A DNA stretch of 63,326 nucleotides, filler included, from Candidatus Woesearchaeota archaeon (GTDB lineage: Archaea; Nanobdellota; Nanobdellia; Woesearchaeales; J072), in NCBI GenBank assembly GCA_003695265.1. It is 10 parts of 10 records of this genome, joined end to end, with 100 filler letters (N's around TTAATTAATTAA, not from the genome) between each part and the next. Parts side by side here need not be neighbours in the genome. Positions count along the whole stretch, not along the records: positions 21,525 to 30,743 come from RFII01000056.1; positions 30,844 to 38,133 come from RFII01000057.1; positions 38,234 to 41,088 come from RFII01000058.1; 7 more parts are not named here. One strand, 5' to 3'. Positions 28,750 through 38,593 of this stretch are shown piece after piece; within the stretch, counting starts at the first letter, position 1, and every line of letters begins with the position of its first letter. The position numbers and the translations under genes were made by a program. Under the pieces are notes generated by a model, which saw only the letters and a list, made by a program, of their open reading frames with translations, was not told the origin of the DNA and made no database searches.

Positions 28750-29061
28750 ATGCAAAAAGCAAGATTGAAATTAGCAAGCACAGAGATTGATAAGATCAAT
28801 GAAGTTTGTAAATACATAAAGGATATTGTAGAGAAGACTGGAGTAGAGATGAGGGGGCCTATTCCGCTGCCAACAAAAAGACTGAAGATTACCACGCGCA
28901 AAGGGCCGTGCGGTGATGGCAAGGCTTCTTGGGACCGCTATGAGATGCGCGTTCATAAACGCTTGATAGACCTTGGCGTTGATGAGAGGACGTTAAGGCT
29001 TGTTATGCGCGTGCCCATACCAAAAGGGCTTAATATTGAGATAGAAATGATAGATGTTTAG
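28750..29061 (+). CDS. rpsJ: Ribosomal protein S10 (uS10)
   Basis: [30 protein letters not shown]. Confidence 0.97.
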   Translation: MQKARLKLASTEIDKINEVCKYIKDIVEKTGVEMRGPIPLPTKRLKITTRKGPCGDGKASWDRYEMRVHKRLIDLGVDERTLRLVMRVPIPKGLNIEIEMIDV

Positions 29062-29084
29062 AAGAGAAACCTAATAAACTCTTT

Positions 29085-29249
29085 TTAAGTGTGGCCTGGC
29101 GACCAAGCTGTTGTTCTTGCATTCCTAAGCTTGTATTCTCGAGAGTAAGGGTTTAAGTCATAACCAGGGCCGAGCACAATGAGAGTATCATCTTTTGTAA
29201 CATTCTGTTCTTTTTCAAGCAAAGCGTCCAGACAAACAGGTTTTGCCAT
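29085..29249 (-). CDS. Small hypothetical protein, 54 aa (not in ORF track)
   Basis: MAKPVCLDALLEKEQNVTKDDTLIVLGPGYDLNPYSREYKLRNARTTAWSPGHT; GGGTGGG RBS and TTTATTATA upstream. Confidence 0.5.
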   Translation of the reverse strand: MAKPVCLDALLEKEQNVTKDDTLIVLGPGYDLNPYSREYKLRNARTTAWSPGHT

Positions 29250-29496
29250 AATACCCACCCTTATGAATGTTGTATGTAAAGATAAATAGGTATAATAAAC
29301 ATTTCATATTAGATTACGTTTTTTCCGAGAATGCCCTAATTAAACTAAGCATAATATGAAAATATTATAATAAGGTGTTGTTAAATAAGCAAGATTGTTT
29401 GGATTTCCTTTAGATTTTGCGAACCTGAATGAGAAGGTTTTTTATAAGATTATTTAATCGATAGTTTTATTAAGCAATAATCCTCTAAAAGCTTTG

Positions 29497-30609
29497 ATGA
29501 CAGTTAATCAGACTTTAAAAGAGGTTAATAACCTTTGCAAACCATTAACCCAGTTGCATTACGTAAAGGCTGTTTGGGTTTATGGAAGTGCTCTAAGAAA
29601 AAAAGAACTGAAAAAAACTTCTGATATAGACATACTTGTTTTGATTGATGACACGCTACCAAGATTTAAGCAAAGCTGGGTTGCAAAAGTTAATCTTTTA
29701 ATAGAATTAATAAGTATGAAAGCGTTAAAAAAGGGTCTAAAGTTACATTTCCAGCCGCCAAAAAAAGTTACTTTGTGGTGGGAATTATTGATGAGTGGTG
29801 AGCCATGGGTTATAACATCACTCAGAAACTCAAAAATCTTCCATGACCCATCAGGTTATATTAGTTTATTAAAGAAACTGTTAATAAAAAGGAATGTTTT
29901 TGCAAGGGAGAGGAGTGTTGAAAAACTGATTGAGAGGTCTTCTAATGATTTGCTTGAAGTAAAACACATCCTCCTTAACAAGTTACCCCAAGAATTATTG
30001 ATGATAACTACAGAAACAGCTCAGAGGGTTCTTGCTTATCACAACAGGTTCCCAATAACTACAAGTGACACAGTCAAAGAGTTAAAGAAGGTTTTTGCTC
30101 ACAAACTAATCTCAAAAACAGTTATAGATGATTATGAAGAGTTGTGTATGACAGTTAAGAAAATAAACAAGGGAGCGCTTTCGGAGTTCACAGGCAGAGA
30201 TTTTGATAGGTATTATGATAAGATAATGGAATTTATAAAGATCATGGAAAAAATATATGAACAGCTCGAGGAGAAAAAAATTGATTCTATTCTTAAATCT
30301 TCTTATCTTGATGTAATAAGGCTTGCTAACAAGGCTGTTTTGAGCTGCACGAAAAAACACCCGAAGGATAATGATGAGCTTTTAAAATTGTTTAATGAGA
30401 AACTTGTGAAAAAGAATATTATAGATGAAGTTCATTTACAAACTTTAAAAGAGTTAATAAGTTTTAATAAAACAAAAAACAAGAATAAAATCAGGAAGGA
30501 GCGTTACCTAAGCAGGGTTTATATAAACAGTTTTGAGATAGCAGTTAATGAATTGCTTGAAAAAAATGCAAGAAAAAATATCACTAAAAAAAAGCGAAGA
30601 GCTTCTTAA
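29497..30609 (+). CDS. Pol-beta-fold nucleotidyltransferase (MNT-like) fused to helical, possibly HEPN-like, domains
   Basis: VWVYGS....SDIDILVLIDD signature; helical C-terminal region. Confidence 0.8.
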   Translation: MTVNQTLKEVNNLCKPLTQLHYVKAVWVYGSALRKKELKKTSDIDILVLIDDTLPRFKQSWVAKVNLLIELISMKALKKGLKLHFQPPKKVTLWWELLMSGEPWVITSLRNSKIFHDPSGYISLLKKLLIKRNVFARERSVEKLIERSSNDLLEVKHILLNKLPQELLMITTETAQRVLAYHNRFPITTSDTVKELKKVFAHKLISKTVIDDYEELCMTVKKINKGALSEFTGRDFDRYYDKIMEFIKIMEKIYEQLEEKKIDSILKSSYLDVIRLANKAVLSCTKKHPKDNDELLKLFNEKLVKKNIIDEVHLQTLKELISFNKTKNKNKIRKERYLSRVYINSFEIAVNELLEKNARKNITKKKRRAS

Positions 30610-30743
30610 AAACTTAAAGAAGCTAACAGATTACTTAATAAATAAGTACACGCGTTTTATTAAAGCAGTGTGGATTACAACTCCTGATGAAATACTTTCC
30701 AATGATGACTTGACGATAATGATACTTATTGATGATATTAAAG
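30566..30743 (+). CDS. Paralogous nucleotidyltransferase-like protein, cut by contig end
   Basis: FIKAVWI......DDLTIMILIDD aligns with YVKAVWV...SDIDILVLIDD of the upstream gene. Confidence 0.6.
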
Positions 30744-30843
30744 NNNNNNNNNNNNNNNNNNNNNNNNNNNNNNNNNNNNNNNNNNNNTTAATTAATTAAN
30801 NNNNNNNNNNNNNNNNNNNNNNNNNNNNNNNNNNNNNNNNNNN
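30744..30843. other. Artificial contig linker
   Basis: N-run with TTAATTAATTAA. Confidence 0.99.
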
Positions 30844-30985
30844 GTCATTATGTTTAAATATTTTTCTTTTTTATGAATAAATTACCATAAAAATAATTTT
30901 AGTTAGAAAATATTCTCATTTTATTTGGATAAGTTAATAAACAATCTTGTCTTAAGATTACAAAAAATAATGAGGGGTGATAAAT

Positions 30986-31267
30986 ATGGCAAAGCTGGAT
31001 AAAAAATCTGAGTTTTGGGAAAAGGTCTATGCCAGTTTTGACATTAAAAACTTCAAAGAAAAAAGCACATGCACCCCCATCATAGAGGAGAGGGATTCTC
31101 TCATTTTATTACAATCAGCTAGAAGGTCACAAAAAAGAGGAAAGTACCACAAAGCAATCTCAATATATCAAGAAATTCTTGAGAAGTATCCTGAAACTGA
31201 AGGAGCTTTCATTGCAAAGTATTACTTAGATGCGCTGCCAAGAAGAAGGAAAAATGTGAAGCTTTAA
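30986..31267 (+). CDS. Small TPR-like protein
   Basis: GKYHKAISIYQEILEKYPETEGA TPR pattern. Confidence 0.65.
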   Translation: MAKLDKKSEFWEKVYASFDIKNFKEKSTCTPIIEERDSLILLQSARRSQKRGKYHKAISIYQEILEKYPETEGAFIAKYYLDALPRRRKNVKL

Positions 31268-31292
31268 ATACTTTTATTATTCTATTTTTTTT

Positions 31293-32150
31293 ATGGTGCT
31301 TGAAAGAATTTACCCAGCATCCTGGCTGGAAAAAAAGAGTTACTTCGCTTTTTTGCTCGGCTTGACATATTCAGTGATAGGCATTGGTCTTGCAGTGTTC
31401 ATTTTTCCGCAAAGCCCTGGCATTGCGTCATTGGCGTTCACTTCTTTGCTGTTGTTGCCTTCACTTTACAGGTTGATAACAATTGATGAGATAAAAGAGA
31501 GCAGCGAGCAAAGGTTCAGCTGGCAAAAGCTCTGGCAGGACAACAAAAACTTTATCAAAATATTCTTGTTCTTAATGCTTGGGATAGAAATCGCGTTCAC
31601 ATTATTTGCAATAATTTTTCCTGATGCAGCCCTCGTGCACATCTTTGGTGAGCAGACAGCCATTTACAAAGGATACACAGGGGGCATTTATTTTACATTA
31701 GACCTTTTCAAGCACATTTTTCTTAATAACATAAAAGTATTAGGGCTTTGCTTCCTGTTGTCTTTAATGGTTGGCGACGGCGCAATATTCTTTCTCATAT
31801 GGAATGCTTCGGTGTGGGGAACAGTCTTTGGCACTCTTGCGAGAAGCGCAGCCGCAAACATAGGAGGGCATCCACTGCTATATTATTTAGTAATATTCAT
31901 AACCGTCCTGCCGCACGGACTTTTAGAGGTATTAGCTTACATACTGGCAGCCATAGCAGGAGGAGTAATATCAAGGGGAATGATGGAGGAAGGAGGGCTT
32001 ACTCCACGCATGAAAGAAATACTGGCTTATAATCTTGTGATTTTAATAATCTCTATAATTGTGCTTGCTTTAGGGGGTGTTGTAGAAACACTTGTCCTTG
32101 ACAACGCAGAAGCTTACAGGATGATAATCAACTCTGCGTTTGGAGTTTAA
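31293..32150 (+). CDS. SpoIIM-family membrane protein
   Basis: Multi-TM; IFLNNIKV, WNASVWG, LPHGLLEV.AY. Confidence 0.85.
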   Translation: MVLERIYPASWLEKKSYFAFLLGLTYSVIGIGLAVFIFPQSPGIASLAFTSLLLLPSLYRLITIDEIKESSEQRFSWQKLWQDNKNFIKIFLFLMLGIEIAFTLFAIIFPDAALVHIFGEQTAIYKGYTGGIYFTLDLFKHIFLNNIKVLGLCFLLSLMVGDGAIFFLIWNASVWGTVFGTLARSAAANIGGHPLLYYLVIFITVLPHGLLEVLAYILAAIAGGVISRGMMEEGGLTPRMKEILAYNLVILIISIIVLALGGVVETLVLDNAEAYRMIINSAFGV

Positions 32151-32781
32151 GCACTTTATTTTTAAATTCGTAAAGGTTATGCACAACATGGCTTCCTCTT
32201 GTTTTTCCAGACCTGTCAAGAAGAAAAGACCTTATACCAGCTCTTGCAGGAACCTCATAATCAGTTATTAAGTCGTTGCCAACATGCACTATTTGGGAAG
32301 TCCTGATTTTTAATGTGTCGCACACTTTTATGAAAACATTATGCCCTTTTGTTAATGTGTGAAAATCAGAAGGCGCAGAAAAAACGTGCTGAAAATAATT
32401 ATTAAGACCCTCAGCCTTTATTTTTATATCCAAAAATTTTCTCTCAGCATTTGATATTATTATTAATCTGAAATCCTTATTTAATTCTTTTATGACTGGA
32501 AGAGTGTCCTCAAAAAGACAAATATGATATTTCATATCATCAAGCAATCTCTTGTAATTATCAAGGTTAAAACGGTTAAACCAGAAGCCTATATCAGTCC
32601 ACCTGTTGGTCCTCCCTCTTAACTTTTCGTATTCTGCAAAAACCTCTTCTTTTGCCTTAGCGACAGGCAGAGAATATTTTTCTGCGTAAAGCTTCGGGAT
32701 TTCCTCGTTCCAAACCAGGTTATCAAAATCCTCTTTGACTAAAGTTCCGTCAAGGTCAAAACTAATGACTTTGTATTTCAT
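32128..32781 (-). CDS. HAD-superfamily hydrolase
   Basis: FDLDGTL, IISNA, HVGN....DY..PARAG. Confidence 0.9.
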   Translation of the reverse strand: MKYKVISFDLDGTLVKEDFDNLVWNEEIPKLYAEKYSLPVAKAKEEVFAEYEKLRGRTNRWTDIGFWFNRFNLDNYKRLLDDMKYHICLFEDTLPVIKELNKDFRLIIISNAERKFLDIKIKAEGLNNYFQHVFSAPSDFHTLTKGHNVFIKVCDTLKIRTSQIVHVGNDLITDYEVPARAGIRSFLLDRSGKTRGSHVVHNLYEFKNKVLKLQTQS

Positions 32782-33536
32782 AATAAGTATAGACTAATAG
32801 CCATCACAGCCATGCCGAGTATCAGACCAATTATTGAAACGTGGTTGTTGTCTGACTTAAAAGAAAGGGGCAGCAGCTCATCAAAGCTTATGAAAACCAT
32901 TATTCCCGCGACAAATGCTAGGGACAGGGATAAGATTGAAGGATTAAGAAAAGGCATTAATATTAGGATTCCTATGACAGCACCGACAGGCTCTGCGATT
33001 CCTGAGAAAAGCGAATACCAGAATGCTTTTGCCTTGCTTTTTGTAGCATAATAAATTGGCATCGCCACTGCAATACCCTCAGGTATGTTGTGTATGGCAA
33101 TTGCGAAAGCCAATGGAACACCTAAGCTAATATCCCCTAATGAGCTTACAAAAACAGCAAGGCCTTCTGGAACGTTGTGGATTGCAATTCCCAAAGCAGT
33201 GAATATGCCTGCTGCCATAAGTTTCCTGTTTTTCTTGTTTGACTTGACCTTTTCCTCTATGTATTCGTGAGGTATTAGGAAATCAAGAGACATAATAAAG
33301 AGTATTCCGACAAAGAAAGCAATGTTAGCCTTCAGAAATCCGACATCATTGACAGCGCTTGCCAGCAGTTCAGCAAAAGACACGTAAATCATAACCCCTG
33401 CTGACAGACCCAATGAGAAGTGAAGATATGTTTCCTTAAAATCCTTTATGAAAAGGGAAATCAAGCTGCCAAAACCAGTTGATATTCCTGCAAGAAAAGT
33501 CAGGAGAAATGGTATCCATATATTAGAGGTTTCCAT
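32778..33536 (-). CDS. zupT: ZIP-family zinc transporter ZupT
   Basis: SAGVMIYVSF.EL, AIHNVPEG, AIHNIPEG, AEPVGA, DELLP. Confidence 0.93.
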   Translation of the reverse strand: METSNIWIPFLLTFLAGISTGFGSLISLFIKDFKETYLHFSLGLSAGVMIYVSFAELLASAVNDVGFLKANIAFFVGILFIMSLDFLIPHEYIEEKVKSNKKNRKLMAAGIFTALGIAIHNVPEGLAVFVSSLGDISLGVPLAFAIAIHNIPEGIAVAMPIYYATKSKAKAFWYSLFSGIAEPVGAVIGILILMPFLNPSILSLSLAFVAGIMVFISFDELLPLSFKSDNNHVSIIGLILGMAVMAISLYLL

Positions 33537-33576
33537 TTTTTACAAATGATAACACTTACTTTAAATCTTTTTCCAT

Positions 33577-33672
33577 TTAATGCCTAATTTTACTCTCTTT
33601 TGGAAACAATGAACAAATACCAAAGAAAAGCATTGTTAACAGCGCGATTGAGATTACCAGTTCTTGAGTCAT
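33577..33672 (-). pseudogene. Possible short hydrophobic gene remnant (31 aa, EamA-like N-terminus)
   Basis: MTQELVISIALLTMLFFGICSLFPKESKIRH starting 4 nt after the asnS stop. Confidence 0.25.
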
Positions 33673-33676
33673 TGTA

Positions 33677-34981
33677 TTAAGGCTTCCACCTTAGCATTGT
33701 TCTAGGAAAAGCAATCGCGTCTTTAATGTTGTCTAACTTGCAGATCCATGCTATGACGCGCTCAGCGCCTATGCCGTAGCCTGAGTGCGGCACGCTCCCA
33801 TACCTTCTTAGGTCAAAGTACCATTCGTAATTTTTTATGTCTTCACCTTCTTTCTCAAGAGCTTTTCTCATTTCCTCAATGTCAGTTGAGCGCTGGCTTC
33901 CACCAACTATTTCGCCGTAGCCTTCAGGGGCGAGCATGTCAAAACACAAAGCTTCATCCTTGTTTGCTGGGTCAGAAGGCTTGTAAAAGGCCATTATTTC
34001 CTTTGGGTAATGCGTGACAACAACCGGCGTGTCAAAGTGCTTCATCAAGCGGTCTTCCTCAATTGTCCTTAAGTCTTTGCCGAAAGGAACATCCATGTTC
34101 TCCTTTTCCTTAAGTATTTTCAGCGCTTCCCTGTACTTTATGGTGGGCCACTTTTTCTTCACTATTCTCTTTAGTTTCTCAACGTCTTGGCCTAAGAACT
34201 TAAGCTCTTCCTCATTTTCCTCAATCACTCTGCTTATAACGTACTTCAACTCTTCCTTGGCGAACTCTGAAACTTCATGCAAGTCCATCCAAGCTGCTTC
34301 CATTTCAACCATCCAGAACTCTGACAAGTGGCGTGAAGTCTTAGATTTCTCAGCCCTGAAAGTAGGGGCTGAGTCATAAACCCTTTCCAAAGCAAAGACT
34401 GCTGCTTCTGCGTAAAGCTGCCATGACTGCGAAAGGTAAGTCTTGTTGTTGTAGTATTTTACTTCAAACAGTGTGGAGCCGCCCTCGCACTGGTTGGGCT
34501 GCAGAATTGGGGGGTCAAACCTGTAAAACCCTTTTTTCTTGAAGAACTCGTCTCGGGCAGTCATGAAAGTGCTTCTAACTTTCATTATTGCAGTCATTTT
34601 TCTTGAGCGAATCCATAAATGCCTGTTCTCATCAAGAAACTCGCGGCTCTGGTCTTTCGTAATCGGGTAAGTGTGGCTCTCACCTATTATTCCGAAAGAA
34701 TCCGCTTCTATCTCATATCCTGTCGGCGCCCTGCTGTCCTTTTTTATTCTGCCTTCAATCGCCATGCTTGTCTCAACTTGTATTTTGTCAGCCACTTCAA
34801 AAAGCTGGTCGCCAATAGTTTCTCTGGTAATAACGCATTGTATTATGCCGGATGAGTCTCTCAGAACTATGAATTTCACTTTGTTTGAGCCGCGCTCACG
34901 CCAAACCCATCCTCTAACAGCTACTTTTCCTGAGCCTTTTTTCATTGCCTCTTTAATTGACATGAATTTCATTTTTATCAC
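33677..34981 (-). CDS. asnS: Asparaginyl-tRNA synthetase
   Basis: RGWV, RHLWIRS, EGGSTLF, YLSQSWQLY, FRAEKSKT.RHL.EFW, WYFDLRRYGSVPHSGYG.G.ER. Confidence 0.93.
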   Translation of the reverse strand: MIKMKFMSIKEAMKKGSGKVAVRGWVWRERGSNKVKFIVLRDSSGIIQCVITRETIGDQLFEVADKIQVETSMAIEGRIKKDSRAPTGYEIEADSFGIIGESHTYPITKDQSREFLDENRHLWIRSRKMTAIMKVRSTFMTARDEFFKKKGFYRFDPPILQPNQCEGGSTLFEVKYYNNKTYLSQSWQLYAEAAVFALERVYDSAPTFRAEKSKTSRHLSEFWMVEMEAAWMDLHEVSEFAKEELKYVISRVIEENEEELKFLGQDVEKLKRIVKKKWPTIKYREALKILKEKENMDVPFGKDLRTIEEDRLMKHFDTPVVVTHYPKEIMAFYKPSDPANKDEALCFDMLAPEGYGEIVGGSQRSTDIEEMRKALEKEGEDIKNYEWYFDLRRYGSVPHSGYGIGAERVIAWICKLDNIKDAIAFPRTMLRWKP

Positions 34982-36729
34982 TTCCTTATTGATATGTGCA
35001 ATTCGTCAAGCTGCTTCTTGTCAGCCTCGTTAGGCGCGTCATCCACAAGGCTTTTGCAATACTTGTTTTTTGGGAACGCTATAACTTCCCTGATGTTGTT
35101 TTCTCCGCATATGATGGCAACGAGCCTGTCCAAGCCAAAAGCTATTCCGCCGTGGGGCGGAGCGCCGTACCTGAATGCGGTAAGCATATGACCAAACTTT
35201 TTCTGCTGCTCCTCTTTGCTTATCTTGAGCGCGTCAAACATTTTTTCCTGAAGCTCGCGGTCATGAATTCTTATAGATCCGCCGCCGAGCTCCCACCCGT
35301 TTAATACCAAGTCGTACGCCCTTGCAACAACTTTTTCAGGATGCTTATCAAGCAAGGGTATGTGCTCTTCTTTCGGGCTGGTGAAAGGGTGATGAACGGC
35401 GACATGCCTCTGCTCATCCTCATCGTACTCTAGCAGAGGGAATTCTGTTATCCACACAAAATTCCATTTTTTAGCGTTTATTAGTTTGAGCTTTCTGCCG
35501 AGGTGAAGCCTCAGCGCTCCAAGAGAAGTTTGCGCGACGTGCCTTTTGTTATCGGCAACGAAGAGCAGCAAGTCTCCTTTCTTCGCGCGTGTTGCTTTTA
35601 TGAGTTCTTTTTGCAACTCGTCACTGAAAAACTTTGCTGCGCTGCCTTCCAATTCATTGCCGACTTTTAAGGAGACAAGCCCTTTTGCATCGTACACTTT
35701 CACAATTTTTTCGCATTCCTCAACCTCTTTTCTTGAGAAAGACGCGCATCCTTCCGCGTTCAGGCACAGGACCAAGCCGCCTGAACTGACAATTTTCTTG
35801 AAAACATTGAATTCAGACTTCTCTGCTATTCCTGTCACATCAACAAGCTCAAGGCCGAAGCGCGTGTCAGGCTTGTCTGATCCGTAGCGCTCCATCGCCT
35901 CTTTGTATGTTAGTCTTGGGAAAGGCGTTTTTATGCTTACGTTAAGTATTTTTTTCCAAATCTCTTTCATAAGCCTCTCATTAACATCAAATATGTCGTC
36001 CTCTGTGACGAAACTCATCTCCAAATCTATCTGGGTGAATTCAGGCTGGCGGTCTGCTCTCAAGTCCTCATCCCTGAAGCACTTAACAACCTGAACGTAA
36101 CGGTCAAAACCGCTAACCTGAAATAACTGCTTGAACTGCTGCGGAGACTGGGGCAGCGCAAAAAATTTTCCTGGGTGAACCCTGCTCGGAACCAAATAAT
36201 CGCGAGCTCCCTCGGGAGTCGGCCTGGCAAGAAATGGGGTTTCTATTTCTAAAAAGCCTTCCTTGTCAAAGAAGTCGCGGACTGTTTTCACAACCTTGTG
36301 CCTCGTAGCAATGTTTTTCTGCATTTTTTCCCTTCTTAAGTCAAGGAAGCGGTACTTCAAGCGAGCGTCCTCTGTTGTTGAGGGATCATCAGGCTCAATT
36401 GGGAGAGGATCAGCAAGGCTTAAAATTTCAAAGTCAGCCACAGCAACCTCTATTTCTCCTGTTGCGCGCTCCTTATTTACCATACCCTTCTTGCGCTCAC
36501 GCACCACGCCATCCGCCTTAATCACAGACTCCCTTCTGAGTGATAGAACTTTTTTCTTTACAGATTCTTTAGTGATGTCAAAAACTAGCTGTGTTATTCC
36601 ATACCTGTCGCGAAGGTCGACAAAGCTCATGCTTCCAAAGTCGCGCCTGCTGTGAACCCAGCCGCACAGAGTCACCTTTTTTCCTGTGTCTTTCCTGCGC
36701 AATTCTCCACACGTGTGCGTCCTCAACAT
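34978..36729 (-). CDS. aspS: Aspartyl-tRNA synthetase, bacterial type with GAD insertion
   Basis: [71 protein letters not shown]; 583 aa. Confidence 0.96.
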   Translation of the reverse strand: MLRTHTCGELRRKDTGKKVTLCGWVHSRRDFGSMSFVDLRDRYGITQLVFDITKESVKKKVLSLRRESVIKADGVVRERKKGMVNKERATGEIEVAVADFEILSLADPLPIEPDDPSTTEDARLKYRFLDLRREKMQKNIATRHKVVKTVRDFFDKEGFLEIETPFLARPTPEGARDYLVPSRVHPGKFFALPQSPQQFKQLFQVSGFDRYVQVVKCFRDEDLRADRQPEFTQIDLEMSFVTEDDIFDVNERLMKEIWKKILNVSIKTPFPRLTYKEAMERYGSDKPDTRFGLELVDVTGIAEKSEFNVFKKIVSSGGLVLCLNAEGCASFSRKEVEECEKIVKVYDAKGLVSLKVGNELEGSAAKFFSDELQKELIKATRAKKGDLLLFVADNKRHVAQTSLGALRLHLGRKLKLINAKKWNFVWITEFPLLEYDEDEQRHVAVHHPFTSPKEEHIPLLDKHPEKVVARAYDLVLNGWELGGGSIRIHDRELQEKMFDALKISKEEQQKKFGHMLTAFRYGAPPHGGIAFGLDRLVAIICGENNIREVIAFPKNKYCKSLVDDAPNEADKKQLDELHISIRK

Positions 36730-36968
36730 ATTAACACCTTTTGTGTCCTTTTGTTTTTAAATGTTTCTTTAGAGCTTCCGCAAGCCGCGTTGTTAGGAGC
36801 GCCCAGAATAAAAAAAGCACCCCTCACCTAATTATCATTATTATTTATATTGAACTCTAAAGAAAACAGACTGCACGCCTTGAATATTTTTGACGTTGAC
36901 ATAAAAAGAAGGAAATTAAGATTATATTTAAAGATTGTGTATTTTATAGATTTTATAAAGAAAACTTA

Positions 36969-37391
36969 CTAAAAAACAAACATGTGAGAACTGTGTGTTT
37001 CAATACCTGTCTTATCAATAATTTGTTGCAACATTGTTGCAGGATATTCCCCATTTGGACCTCTCGAAGAAAATATTAAGTGATAGCTCCCAAATGGACC
37101 TCGTGCGACAAACTTAAGCGATCCGTCTTCAACCATATGTGGATAAAGTTCTCTTGTTGCTTCTTTCAAAGCGTTTAGTTCATTTCTAGAAACATGGTCC
37201 AGTTCATGCCTATAACCCATATTTATACTAAAATCAAATATCTTTTGATCATCAAGTGATCTTTGAATTAAATAATCCCCAGTAAAAACCGTTGTTAAAG
37301 CAACTGCTGCAAGAGTCGTTGCTAATTTATGACGCCTAAAAAAATCAAAAACTCTTTCAGCAAGAGACTAATCTTCTGTGAAATTTTTCAT
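36969..37391 (-). pseudogene. Hypothetical membrane-anchored protein with in-frame TAG at codon 8
   Basis: Frame of ORF 36969-37220 stays open upstream through a TM segment to TAG at 37368-37370; ATG at 37391 has a TATA-like sequence upstream. Confidence 0.45.
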
Positions 37392-37440
37392 AAAAAACTC
37401 AAAAAAATATTTATATTTAAAGTTTTCTCTCTGAATCAAA

Positions 37441-38076
37441 TTATCCTTCCTCTAAAATCTTGACTTCGCAATCACATAATTCCTTGAATTTCTGCGCGTC
37501 TGCCTCAGAGCCCACAATCGAGTTGTAATGCATTGGAATTGCAAGCTTTGGATTTATCACATTGGCTGCCTCTGCAGCTTCTGAAGCAGTCATCACGTAA
37601 GTGCCGCTAACTGGCAATAGAGCAATGTCAATGTCCTTTAGCTCATTCATTTCTGGAATTTTGTCTGTGTCGCCCGCATGATAAATCCTTGTCCCGCCGA
37701 TATTGATTACATAGCCAAGCCAGTTGTTTTCTTTGGGGTGGAATTTCTTGTTTGTGTTGTAGGCTGGAACTGTCGTGACTTCAATCTCGCCAATCCTGAA
37801 AGTTTGGCCCGGCTCAACAGTCATTATGTCCTTGCAGTCAATCTTTGACATCTTGTTCTGGCAGTCCGGCGGCGCAATGATTATTGTCTCAGGAGTTGAG
37901 ATTAACTTTAAATCCTCAACGCTGCAATGGTCAAAATGCTCGTGCGTGATAAAGATGATGTCTGCCTTCTCAGCATCAGAAGAGAGCTGGTAAGGGTCAA
38001 TGTAAATTGTTTTGCCGTTTCTTATTTTGAAAGAGTCATGCCCAAGCCAAGTAAGGTTTATACCATTATATTCCAT
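37441..38076 (-). CDS. MBL-fold metallo-hydrolase (UlaG-like)
   Basis: WLGHDSF, IDPY, THEHFDH, YHAGDT, PMHY. Confidence 0.92.
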   Translation of the reverse strand: MEYNGINLTWLGHDSFKIRNGKTIYIDPYQLSSDAEKADIIFITHEHFDHCSVEDLKLISTPETIIIAPPDCQNKMSKIDCKDIMTVEPGQTFRIGEIEVTTVPAYNTNKKFHPKENNWLGYVINIGGTRIYHAGDTDKIPEMNELKDIDIALLPVSGTYVMTASEAAEAANVINPKLAIPMHYNSIVGSEADAQKFKELCDCEVKILEEG

Positions 38077-38133
38077 AACAACCACCCTAAAAACAGATTA
38101 TATTAAATACTTATTTAAAACTTTCCCAGTTCA

Positions 38134-38233
38134 NNNNNNNNNNNNNNNNNNNNNNNNNNNNNNNNNNNNNNNNNNNNTTAATTAATTAANNNNNNNNNNN
38201 NNNNNNNNNNNNNNNNNNNNNNNNNNNNNNNNN
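38134..38233. other. Artificial contig linker
   Basis: N-run with TTAATTAATTAA. Confidence 0.99.
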
Positions 38234-38500
38234 GTGAACACAACATTTAAGGTTATGAACACTGGCAATTCAACGCTTGAAATAAGCTCGATAAGCACTT
38301 CATGCGGGTGCACAACTGCTGAGATGGACGAATTAGTGATAGAGCCAGGAGAGTCTGCTACTTTAACAGTGTTTTTTGACCCAGACTTCCACGAGGAGCC
38401 GAAAGGGAGGTTCAGCAGGACAGTGTTTTTAGAGACCAACGATCCTGAAAACCCAGAAGCAGAGGTAAAAATATGGGTTGATATTTTAGAGGGTGAATAA
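38234..38500 (+). CDS. DUF1573-like Ig-fold protein, 5' end missing
   Basis: F.V.NTG...L.I..ISTSCGCT......IEPGES..L.V.FDP ... TNDP. Confidence 0.85.
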   Translation: MNTTFKVMNTGNSTLEISSISTSCGCTTAEMDELVIEPGESATLTVFFDPDFHEEPKGRFSRTVFLETNDPENPEAEVKIWVDILEGE

Positions 38501-38593
38501 TATAAAGATGATGTGATGTGTTTTAATATTAGTTAGATTAAAAAGATGGCATAATCAAATAATGTTTTGTGATTTGAAAATGGAGGTAAGAAA

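Noticed and set aside
29062..29260. tRNA-Ser often found after archaeal rpsJ
   Set aside because: No GTTCRA T-loop or cloverleaf; the interval is better explained by a small minus-strand ORF
36770..36905. GC-richer patch upstream of aspS as a possible T-box or riboswitch
   Set aside because: No T-box consensus and no convincing stem found
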